Positions 38,131-48,829 of a DNA stretch of 64,000 bases are shown here, in pieces (within the stretch, counting starts at the first letter, position 1; each line of letters opens with the position of its first letter). The notes under the pieces are model-generated. The model saw only the letters and a list, made by a program, of their open reading frames with translations, ran no database searches and was not told the origin of the DNA. The DNA comes from Podarcis erhardii (lineage: Eukaryota): assembly GCA_964252035.1 (NCBI GenBank), contig OZ176213.1. One strand, written 5' to 3'. Both the position numbers and the translations under genes were made by a program.

Positions 38131-38710
38131 CAATGGAGAATTTCAGTTTTGTCCAGTGAATTGGAAGCTCCTCTTCCACGCAGGGAGGTTTCAGAGAAAA
38201 ACGAGGAATTCTGCATCCAGTTTGTAAGCTGGTTGTTGGAAATTTATCACATTTTTCCTTGGAAAGTGTTAACCTGGGTTACGTTGGGTGTTGGCATTTT
38301 GATGCCTGTGTCCTGTGGATGCTGTACACATGAGGGGCCCAAATTCCATCATGTTTTAAAAGTTTTAATGGTTTTATTACATATTTTTTATGTTTTTATT
38401 GCTATAAAGTGTTTTGATATTTTTAATGATATAGGGGTATACAAATATTTTAATAAATAAGCACCTGTCTGGAAGCACCACTTTATCAGAGTAGTCAAAA
38501 GGCACAAGATGCACCAGCTTTTCTGAAACACCGGTCTGGGAGAGAAATGTAATAAAGCCTTCAGAATTGCTTCCTCTCCAGCAGCATATTGTTTTGGGTT
38601 AGTGAATAGACTTCCCAGATCACAATTTTAATGATAATAACTCCCCGCTCATTTTTTATAGCAATAATGACTTGTGATGTGGTGTGCAGCTCCAGGCATT
38701 TGAAGATGAG

Positions 38711-39055
38711 TAGTTGTGGCACTGTGGTCTAAACCACAGAGCCTAGGGCTTGCCGAATCCCCGCAACAGGGTGAGCTCCCGTTGTTTGGCCCCTGCTCCT
38801 GCCAACCTAGCAGTTCAAAAGCACATCAAAGTGCAAGTAGATAAATAGGTACCGCTCCGGCGGGAAGGTAAACAGCGTTTCCATGTGCTGCTCTGGTTCT
38901 CCAGAAGCGGCTTAGTCATGCTGGCCACATGGCCCGGAAGCTGTCTGCGGACAAATGTCGGCTCCCTCAGCCAGTAAAGCGAGATGAGCACCGCAACACC
39001 AGAGTCGTCCGCAGCTGGACTTACGTAACTGTCAGGGGTTCCTTTACCTTTACCT
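38711..39055 (+). mobile_element. Sauria SINE with an internal head deletion
   Basis: Same core as 24462; TTTACCTTTACCT tail; about 20 nt before the B-box missing relative to the other copy. Confidence 0.9.
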
Positions 39056-39647
39056 AGTTGTGTTAGTCTCCTGCAGGAAAAACAGTCAGAGTCTCGTGGC
39101 ACCTTACAAGACTAAGTTTGAATCAGAGCAAACTGTGGGTTGATGTTTATTCTGATTCAGCAGTAAACAGTGGATTTTCCAGGGGAGAGCAAGGGGGCAA
39201 ATGAAAATTCTCTTGGACCAGTGCCAGGAAATCACAGGAGAAACGGAAGTGTGGATGAGCCCATATGAATGTATTATGGCATAGGTTTTTATGGACTCAA
39301 GCCCACCTTGTTAGATTGTGAAGTGCAATCTTAGTTGGCAGATATGTAAAGGAGAAAATTGTAAGATGGGACTTTAATGGCAGTGAGAATAACTAGTGTC
39401 TGCAAAGGATAATTAGTTCTTAACTATATGTTAAATGGGTATTGCTTTTAATGTTTTATAGTAGCAGACTGGTGATATGATTTCATTAACACCTGTAGTG
39501 GGACATGGAAGCATTTGCAAGAAACATAGATAGCACAAACACTCATTGATAAGTCAATTAGTGCATGTAGTGTGATAATTTGTCCTATGCATAAACAAAA
39601 CAAATTCCTTCCAGTAGCACCTTAAAGACCAACTAAGTCAGTTCTTG

Positions 39648-39685
39648 GTATGAGCTTTCGTGTGCATGCACACTTCTTCAGATTC
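39648..39685 (-). ncRNA. Minimal type I hammerhead ribozyme motif with intact core
   Basis: Minus strand GAAT-CTGAAGA-A-GTGTG(CATG)CACAC-GAA-AGCT-C/ATAC: core boxes, 5-bp stem II, palindromic AGCT stem III, 3 of 4 pairs in stem I. Confidence 0.7.
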
Positions 39686-39686
39686 T

Positions 39687-39726
39687 GTTATCTGAAAAAG
39701 TGTGCATGCACACGAAAGCTCATACC
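39687..39726 (+). ncRNA. Hammerhead motif with G8-to-A core substitution, probably inactive
   Basis: GTTAT-CTGAAAA-A-GTGTG(CATG)CACAC-GAA-AGCT-C/ATACC; A at 39697 replaces the conserved G8. Confidence 0.6.
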
Positions 39727-41409
39727 AAGAACTGACTTAGTTGGTCTTTAAGGTGCTACTGGAAGGAATTTGTTTTGTTTTGACTATGGCAGACCAACAC
39801 GGCTTCTTGTCCTATGCATGTTTACTTGGAAAGAAGTTCAATGGTGCTTGCTCCCAAGGTCTGTGCATAGAACTGCAGCATAGTTAAAAGGAAGAACATT
39901 TTTTAAACTTTTGAATGATGGCAACTTCTTCTACAGTGCAGAAAGCTGGTGATGCGTGGTAGATTTGTATGAAATTAACCAAAACCAGCAGGCAGACCTG
40001 CTTTACGTTCTTCTTGCATCACATAGACCGTTTCCCCAAAAACTTCTGGTAAATATTTCTGAGGTTCTCTAATATTTAGGTTCAGCTGGTTGATCAGTGA
40101 GGCCAAAGCGGGGGGTCCTGTCATCTGGGCAGCCCAGGACCTCCATACACCCCAGAGAGGTCTTTTTGGTGCTGCTAACACAGAGGTTTGACTTCACCCC
40201 CAGAGGCACACTCTATTGCCTCTTGAGACAGACAGATGCCAACAAAGTTAGGATCCGCTACTAGGTCACAGCCTGACCTAAGGTGGGTGGCAACAGCAAA
40301 AAAGTTATGAAGGTCCCCAAATGCACATTTAGGCAAAAGGTGAGTCTGGATTCTGAAAAGAATACTGTTTAAGAATCTGGAACAATCCCTTTCTTTTGCA
40401 AGAAGGGACAAATTTTTGGCTATACACCTGAGCTTCCAATGTCCACAATGGCTTCCCTTTTAGAGTGCTGAATCTTGAGCTTTTTGTTTTTCTCTACTTG
40501 GGCTGATCTAGTACTCAGAGAGTCATGTAAAAACAAACTTTTAATGTGGTTCAACCAGTCTTTTGTATGTACAGTTAAAGAAGGCTGACCTGTGGTAAAA
40601 GGAAAAAGATGCTCTGCTGTTTCTTTGTGAACCCAAACTTTATATCATTTATCATGTATAGACTTTGAAGATAATGGCTACTTTCCCAACTCGGATTTCC
40701 AGATCACCCTGTTTACATTCTTGTCAGTGGCACTTTCACATTAGCTTAAAGCGTACCAAAGGCCATTTTCCTAGTGAAGCTGGTAACATCTGACACTAGT
40801 GAAGTAAAACTTGGCATGTATTTTGGAAACTGGGTTCTTAAGGTACATTTTATTTATTTATTATCTAGCCAAATAGTCATTTCTGCACTTGAGTTTGCCT
40901 CCAGGTTGGTGTATGTTCAGCATTCAATTACTTTAATAGAGTATGAGTAGTTTTGTCTTCCTAGGGAGAGAGAGTCGGATTAGAGCAGTGTTAGAAGCTG
41001 AGATAAGAAAGCTAGGAGCTAAATAGTACCTTAAACCTAGGTTATGGGCGCCACAGTGGAGTGTTTAGGCATGCTTTTTTTAATAACAAGAATACAAAGC
41101 CGAAAATGAATGAACTGCAACTAAAATCTTCTGTCCATAACTCACATGGTCTAGTCTTCATCTGAAGACTGCAAAAAACAAAGCCCTGCCCCACCCCCTT
41201 ATATTCTTATGAGGGTCTCTTCTCCAGTCTTCAGAGAGTGGCTGGAAGTCAGGAAGCAGAAAAAGGTGCTCCTTTCCTTCCAGCAGTGGTAGTTTAATCT
41301 GAAATCTTAGGTGCAGTACTGCGCCCAGAGCTCAGAAACTGCTCACATTAATAAAATTCCCTGTCGCAAAACACACCTAGAACAAGGGGAGTTTCTAACG
41401 CTGGATTAG

Positions 41410-42285
41410 TGTGTCCTCTGCTGTGGCAGTATACTTGACACATGCTTACTGAACGCATGATGAAGGAAAATATTTGGATGAAGGTACACCCAATCTGCAG
41501 GTGACACCAAAGTGGCTGGAGGATCCAACTTAGTGTACAGAATGAATTTTATCTGAGATAAATGTAGAGTTTTGCATTTGAGTATACAAAATCTGATGCA
41601 CAAATAAAGGACGGGTGACCCCCTAACCTTGCAGCGGTAGATGTGAAGAGTATCTGGGATTTTAGTAAACCACAGGCCAGCAATAGTATGCAGTGGTTAA
41701 AATGGCTAATGGGATTCTTGGCTACATGAAGAAAAGTATAGTGTCCAGGGCATAAGAAGTAAAGGTGTCACTCAGACCTTGGTTGGATCTTCTTTGACAT
41801 ACTGTGCCAATTTCTGGGGCACCTCAGTTTAAGAAAAATATTGCCAAATGAACATTTCCAGAGGAGGATGACAAAGATCATGATTGGTCTAGAGACCAGG
41901 TCTTATGAGGAAAGGTTGAAGGGAGAAGAAATCCAAGGGAGAAGAGCCTTAGGAAGTGATGTTAAAGAGGCAATGCAATACATTTTAAGGGGTTTCACAT
42001 AAATGATGGTGCAAATTTGTGTTCTGTTGCTCCAGGGGATAACTCAATGGGTTCAAATTACATGATTGGTCATATTGGCTAAATATTTGGAAGAACTTGA
42101 AAGGAGCTATTCAACAGTAACAGACTGTCTCAGAAGGTGGTGGACTCTATTTTTTGTTAGAAGTTTAAAAGCAGAGACTGGATGGCCCTCCTATCTAAAT
42201 TGCTAGATGAGCAGGTTTTCTGCATTGGTAGGGGAGGTAATTGGACTAGATGACCCTTGAGGTGACTTCTAACTCTATGGTCCTG
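41410..42285 (+). mobile_element. CR1 LINE 3' fragment
   Basis: GCAGGTGACACCAAA (ADDTK-like), AAATGTAGAGTTTTGCATT (KC.VLH), tail TTGGACTAGATGACCCTTGAGGT. Confidence 0.75.
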
Positions 42286-42438
42286 TGACTTGGTTTTGCT
42301 TTTGGTATCTTCTATTCCAGCCGCAAGAGAGAAAAACCTGTGAATGTGCTAATAAAGGATCTGAAAGTAAATGGTTCTACAAAAAGGGTTGATAAAAATA
42401 TAGCTCACTCTGCCTCCATTTTTATTTTTATTTTGCAG

Positions 42439-42487
42439 GATGTGATCAGTCAGGTTCTGCCTGATGCGACGACAACAGCCTTTGAAT
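42439..42487 (+). CDS. MAP2K5: MAP2K5 exon 2, DVISQVLPDATTTAFE(Y)
   Basis: ttttgcag| acceptor, T|gtgagt donor, 49 nt. Confidence 0.95.
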
Positions 42488-45391
42488 GTGAGTATGAGTA
42501 TGAATATGAGTCTGAGGATGGCTCAGTACTCGCATTATTTATTTAAAAAAATGACAACTACATATTGTTTATGTTCAGATATGCTACAGTTAAATATTTA
42601 TATATGAATGCAAGTTTAATGATGATCCCAAGCTAAGTAATATTTTATTATTTAATCACATTTTGAGAGTGCATATTTCTACAATATAGCTTTAATTACC
42701 AGCATGACCTTACAGTGCTCTTTGTGCGCGCTGCAATTATATTGCTCAAATTAAATGAAAAGTATAAAGTACCTGGAGGCTTTGTAGGCTGAGATTTTAA
42801 TTTTCAGATTTTATTATTATTATTAAAAGCAGAAATCAGTAGCTAGCTTTCAGAAGAGTGGAGTGTACAAATGTAGAACATTAGATTGGTTGCTGAAATG
42901 TCATATTCTCTAGAATCAGGTGGCTCTCATCCCTGATCATTCTGTTAGTGGGAGAACAGCTATTGTCTCAGCTCAAGTCTCCAAAAGCTTAATCTGTGCA
43001 AGTTCCTGATATCTAGCTCTTGATGGCAGAACTGTCAGTACTGGGCTGTGTAAAGTAATGGTAGAGACCGTACACTATGGACTGGATACCTTAGGTTCAA
43101 ACCTCAGCTCAGCTATGAACCTAATGGGTGGTCTTAAGCAAGCTGCTATCTTTCAGGCCCACTCCCCTTCCCTCAGTCTGTATTATGTGGGAAATGAGAC
43201 TGGCATGGCTTACACGATTGTTGTATAGAGATTGCACACTTGCCGTGAACAGGGAAAAGCATTATTTTATTATTAATAATTATTCTATTGCTGGGGAAGA
43301 GGTCTTGAGACATGGAAAGGGTTTTAAGAGTTTGGGTCTGGTCAAGGTGTTTTAACTGTTTGTGTGAAGACATCTGCTTGCTGCCAAGACTGTCCTTTCA
43401 GCTTTCCTGCTTTGTGCATCAACCTCCACTGAACTCTTGTGTGCCAGGAGCAGGCACTGCAGCCAGAGCAGTAATCCACATTACTGACACCTTTAGGCAG
43501 AACTTGCCTTGACATATAGATTTCACATCTGCTGCTGTGCTTTCCAGTTCTTGGTTTTACCCTGTCATTTTACACTGGCATGACATTGTTTCCCCTGCCA
43601 TTTAAGTGGCATCAGAAATATGTTAACGTATATTGATGCTGCTTGGTTTCAGGGTTATCTTCTCCATGCTGAAGGCCTGAAATTTACTGGTTTAAGCATC
43701 TTCTCAGCTACTTGATGGCTTTCTCGGAGGCATTTAATTGCTATCCACAGCAGCTTTCTCTCCTGTTTGCTTAGTTATTGCTATCTCCAGTGTGTCTTCT
43801 GTGTCTGCCTCTACCTGGGGCTGTAGTTCTCCCTCACCATTGGACCTTGATGGGCCTTTCGCTGTTGTACGCCATGTTGCTACAAATAAAACGACTAACG
43901 ACATATGGCTCGTTATGGCCCTTTTATCCCAAACCGTTTTGCATTGTGCATGACACACTGCATCTTTTGCAAAGATTGCTCTGGAATATTTGACTGCCAT
44001 CTGCTGCATTCTATTTGGTGTCTTATGAGGATGTGACATTAGTAAAATCCAGGCTTTATTTTATTTTAGTTCTACTTTTGCTTCCTTAATGGGCTGGGAT
44101 ATCATGTTGTTTGTGCTCTAGGCAAGCAGAGGGGCTTGGTAAACCCCTTCTGAACCTTTGTGTTGAGCAGAATCATTTTGAGGGTGATTCCATACATTTT
44201 ATTCCCAGTGGGGTGGTAAAAAATCTTCCTACTTAATCTGAGAAATACAGTGTCTAGTAGGTTTCCCCCCACCTCCAAATAACAAATTATGCTCTTTTGT
44301 TTTAGACAGACCCTACTTCCTTTAATACCCATCAACCATCTGTCTTGTGCAGAAATGTTTCTGTGTTAAGAACACGAAAGACACCGTGCTTTACCTGAGG
44401 ATTCCAAAGCTTGTGTTGCTTTTAGAGCTCATCTACAGTAATGAAGTGCTTTCTTAGTTGTTTCAATTGGCTTTTCAAATGGTGGCCCCTCACGAAAAAA
44501 TATTCCTTCAAGGTGTCTGTTTTAACAGGATTCTGTTTTCTTTTCTTTTCTGTTCTTTTTTAATAGCTCTTTTCATTCAGAGTCAGATTGTGTTGAGAAT
44601 TTTCATAGCAGTTACTATTCTAATGGCTTCTGTTGAAGATACAAAAAACTATATTTTTAAATGAAGGCTTGTGTTCCTGTCTCCTTTTGAGAAATGGTGT
44701 TGCAGAGCAGGGGAAAAGCAGATTTCATGCTTTCATCTTCTTCACCAGAACCCCAAGATCCTCCAACTGGAGCCAGGTGCAGAAGGCAAACACTTTAGAA
44801 TTCTGAACACAGAAATGTGCTTTCAGTGGCAGAACGGAACTTGGGCCATAGTCCTTTCACACAACAATCCACTCTCCCCCACCCCAGCATTTTTCACTGT
44901 GTTGTTGCTGTGTTCTTAAACAGCTGAGAGTCAGAGATCCTTACTGATTTACTTCAAATCACTTGGATCTACCGGTAGATCCTGATCTACTTTCTGCCAA
45001 CCCTTGTTATATAATGAATTTTCTAGTTTGACACCAGGGTATCTTCTACCCACAGCATTGTGGCTGCAGCACAGAGTTTACAGAATAAGATAAGCAAAAA
45101 TGGACAAGCTTCTGTCCCGAAGAGTTTAATCTATATTTTGACAATGCGAAGGAATGGGGGGCGGGGAACAAGTAAGAAGGACAGCATCTCCTATGGTTGC
45201 CTTTGCAACCATACTTCTCCCTAATGTTTATCCTAAATCCAACTTCCTAGAGCATTAACACCTGTATATATGAACATAATAGTTCTGTTATGACCTGAAA
45301 TTCTATAGCCATTTAATTCTATCTGAATAAATGTAAATCATCCTTGGCAGGAAAAAATAATAATACACAGGATGTGAAGCTGTAGGCCATA

Positions 45392-45633
45392 CAGCGGTAC
45401 CTCGGGTTACAGATGCTTCAGGTTACAGACGCTTCAGGTTACAGACTCCACTAACCCAGAAATAGTACCTCGGGTTAAGAACTTTGCTTCAGGATGAGAA
45501 CAGAAATCGTGCTGCGGTGGCGCGGCAGCAGCCGGAGGCTCCATTAGCTAAAGTGGTACCTCAGATTAAGAACAGTTTCAGGTTAAGAACGGACCTCCAG
45601 AACGAATTAAGTTCTTAACCCGAGGTACCACTG
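45392..45633. mobile_element. Tc1/mariner MITE
   Basis: TIR CAGCGGTACCTCGGGTTA/TAACCCGAGGTACCACTG; TA TSD; CpGs retained. Confidence 0.9.
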
Positions 45634-45696
45634 TATCAGAAGGTATAACACTTGTATGACTTTCAGCATTCTGTTCTTGTTCACTCTCTCCTCATT

Positions 45697-46045
45697 TGGG
45701 GAAGGACATAGTTCAGTGGCAGAGCACCTGCTTTGCATACAGAGGCTCCCAGATTCAATCACTGGTATCTCCAAGTAGGGATGGGAGAAACCTCTGTCTG
45801 AAACCTTGTAGAGCCAGTGCCAGTCAGTATAGTCAAGCCTTTTTCAATCTTGGGTCCCCAGATGTTGTTGGATTACAACTCCCATACTTCCTGGCCCTTG
45901 ATTCTGCTTGCTAGGGAAGATGGGAGTTGTAGTCCAACACCATATGGAGATCCACGGTTGAGAAAGGCTTGTGTAGGGCTGGTGTAGATAGTTATTGAGC
46001 TAAATGGGCCGGTGATTTGGTTTGGTGTAAGGAAGCTTTTTATGG
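45697..46045 (+). mobile_element. Squam3-like SINE interrupted by a hAT-type palindromic MITE (about 45833-45970)
   Basis: Head at 45697, MITE arms GCCTTTTTCAA/TTGAGAAAGGC, SINE 3' half resumes after 45970. Confidence 0.65.
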
Positions 46046-46246
46046 GCTATTCTAGGAAATACTATACATCTGAAATTTATTTGGTTAACAGTGCATTCTT
46101 ATCCTTTTGCCTTGATTTGTTATTGATTTAAAATCCATTCACTGTCCAGTTTTGTTTGCTAAGGCATACAACATAAGGTTCCTTTTTGTAAAATGTGTGC
46201 TATTCTTTTTAAACGAATAATTCTAAAGACATGGGCTTTTTTACAG

Positions 46247-46314
46247 ATGAAGATGAGGATGGTGATAGGATTACTGTTCGAAGTGATGAAGAAATGAAAG
46301 CGATGCTGTCCTAT
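46247..46314 (+). CDS. MAP2K5: MAP2K5 exon 3, (Y)EDEDGDRITVRSDEEMKAMLSY, PB1 OPCA motif
   Basis: ttttacag| acceptor, TAT|gtaggt donor, 68 nt; peptide matches remembered human MEK5. Confidence 0.97.
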
Positions 46315-48629
46315 GTAGGTATTTCCTATAGCTAGTTTTAATTTTTTGAATGTTTTAATGGATTTTACTAATAGTGCTATTGGGGTTGTGGGGGGTTTTT
46401 TTGGTAAATTATTGAGGGGTTTTGTTTTTTTACAGTCAAGCAGTATATAAATTTTATTCAGTAAATACATAAATAATCATGTGAGATTTCAGCCATAATC
46501 CACATCTCCTGAATAAGAAACTTTGAACTGAATGGCAGATACAAAGAGTCCTATGACTTCATTTCAGTCTGACTTTTGCAGATGCTTCTGGTGGCTTCTG
46601 ATCAGATTCATTCATTCCTCCTCCATCCCTTTTTCTGGTGTTTTTCTGTTCAAAAGCAAACGGAGGATGTATTATTTATTTATTTATTCTATTGGTTTGG
46701 TGCAGAGATCTCACATGAAACTTTGAAGTGCTCATTCCTTTTTTAGAGGAAAAAAAAGCAACTACACTTACAGATCATATCATGAACATTGAGAGTAATG
46801 CATCCTAATGACTTTTGCATTAGATATAGTGCAAACTAAATGGACTATCAATTTCTTGCGTTTTTTTATGCAGTACTTAAAGTAACGGCTCATTAAAAAT
46901 GAACCCCTCGGCTCTAAAAAAAATGTGTTTTTTAAAAACAAAATCTGCTTTCATCTGGAGACTTTTTCACCCCTTCTCTCAGAAGAGTTATATTTTAGCT
47001 GCAGGCTCAGCAGGCAGAGAAGATTTTAAAGATGTATTGTCTTTTAATAACTGTAAAAATATGAAAACAAGGTTATTCATTGAATCTCAATGACTTGTAT
47101 ATAACTTTATAAATGACTTGTCCTTTGTGTTTTATAAATGAGCATGAGTTTAGCTATTATCTCCCCTCCCCCCAATTAAAATAGAGTAACACAATTCATT
47201 GGTCTTCCATATCTTTTCTTCCTAAAAAGATACAATGATTGACAGTTATTCAGTGCAGGCCTGAGTTCTACATTGTGCTTTGATAACCTAACTGCAAAAG
47301 GAGTCTCCAATGTCCACTTGGAACTTCATGGTGTGCAGCAAATTCCCAGTCATTTCAATGAAGGGAGGTCTGCTGGAATACCTATCCCCACTACCCTTCC
47401 CACTGAAGGAAAGCTTGTGTACAGAGGAACTTACGTCCCTTGTCTAAAAAAGCATGCAACTCACTCTGTGCACTCAAGAGGGTTTTGGACTTGTGTTTCA
47501 CTAATGCCCAGTCCACTCATTCTGCATGGCAAATTGCCCCTGAAACTGCAGGGAGTTTTTGGTATGGTATATGAGTCATAACATCATAGTTTTGAGAAGT
47601 TGCAGCCTGCTGGAGTGAGTGCCAGGCCTTTTCAGGCTATGCTATTATCAAAGCAAACTGAAGTTTTGTTTTTAACTGAGAAATAAATGATATAATAGAG
47701 GTCAGCTTTGGCAAAGGCTTTGTTTTGGTTCACATGTGAACCACATATATTCCAAGGTTGTTCAGAAACTGCCACAAGCTGTTTGAAAGTAATGCCATAT
47801 TAAATTTGCTATATAAGACAAAAAGGTGTTTTAGAAAAGCAACAACCTATTTATAATCCCTATAGCAATGAATGAATGAATTTCTTATGGTACTTTTGGT
47901 TAATTAAGAGAGAGGCATTAAGTGACAGTAGGGCTGCACTGCCACCGTTGCCTTCTATTGGTATAAAAAGGCAGTAATTTTTTGACAGCCACTGATTGGA
48001 AAGTTGCTCGCAGCCATCTGGAAGCAAAGGGTACACGTTTTGGATCAATAACTGGCAAATTTTCCATTAAAAAGAATACCTGAACAATGTTCCAAATAGC
48101 CACTGGCATCTTAACTTTCCATGGCAACCTCAAGTGCTCATATGTGGAGGACAAATCATTTTTGGACAATTTTTCCAGACTACTTGTTAACAGTTATTGC
48201 TGTCCCAAAAGGTTGACAGCTGACATGATTGATATTTCATTTACTTGTCATCTCTGTTTGAGTAATGGAGAAAGCGACATTACTTTTTTATTTTTAAAGA
48301 AACATAGGGCAAAATCTACTATGAACCTCTGTGGTGTAAGCCCCAATGAAATGAGTGGGAGTTGCACTGTTATAATCTGGGTTCTGAGGCTGGTACTGGC
48401 CCTTGGAGCATATCTCAGATATCTGCTTTTAAGCTCTTGCTACTTTTCTCTGCTTCTTGCTAGAGGAGAATGACACCATGGTCCAGCATATAGAGTAGAG
48501 CAGGGGTGGCTAGCGTGTTACCCTCCAACCCTCATGACCAAGTATGATGGGAATTGTAGTCCAGCAACATCTGGAGGACCAAAGGTTAGCCATCCTGGTG
48601 TAGAACATGGGCAGTCTATGGGGATTCAA

Positions 48630-48829
48630 NNNNNNNNNNNNNNNNNNNNNNNNNNNNNNNNNNNNNNNNNNNNNNNNNNNNNNNNNNNNNNNNNNNNNNN
48701 NNNNNNNNNNNNNNNNNNNNNNNNNNNNNNNNNNNNNNNNNNNNNNNNNNNNNNNNNNNNNNNNNNNNNNNNNNNNNNNNNNNNNNNNNNNNNNNNNNNN
48801 NNNNNNNNNNNNNNNNNNNNNNNNNNNNN
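48630..48829. other. Assembly gap, 200 N
   Basis: Run of N. Confidence 1.

Larger units (their letters stand above)
39593..39806 (+). mobile_element. Penelope-like non-autonomous insertion, copy 2, with a 91-bp inverted repeat (1 mismatch, 6-nt loop)
   Basis: Arms 39593-39683 and 39690-39780; 13-bp TSD TTGTCCTATGCAT at 39580-39592 and 39807-39819. Confidence 0.82.

Noticed and set aside
37196-38460. Long ORFs of 171 aa and 219 aa in the MAP2K5 CpG island
   Set aside because: GC-rich DNA lacks stop codons; they overlap the real exon 1 and intron 1 and show no protein features.
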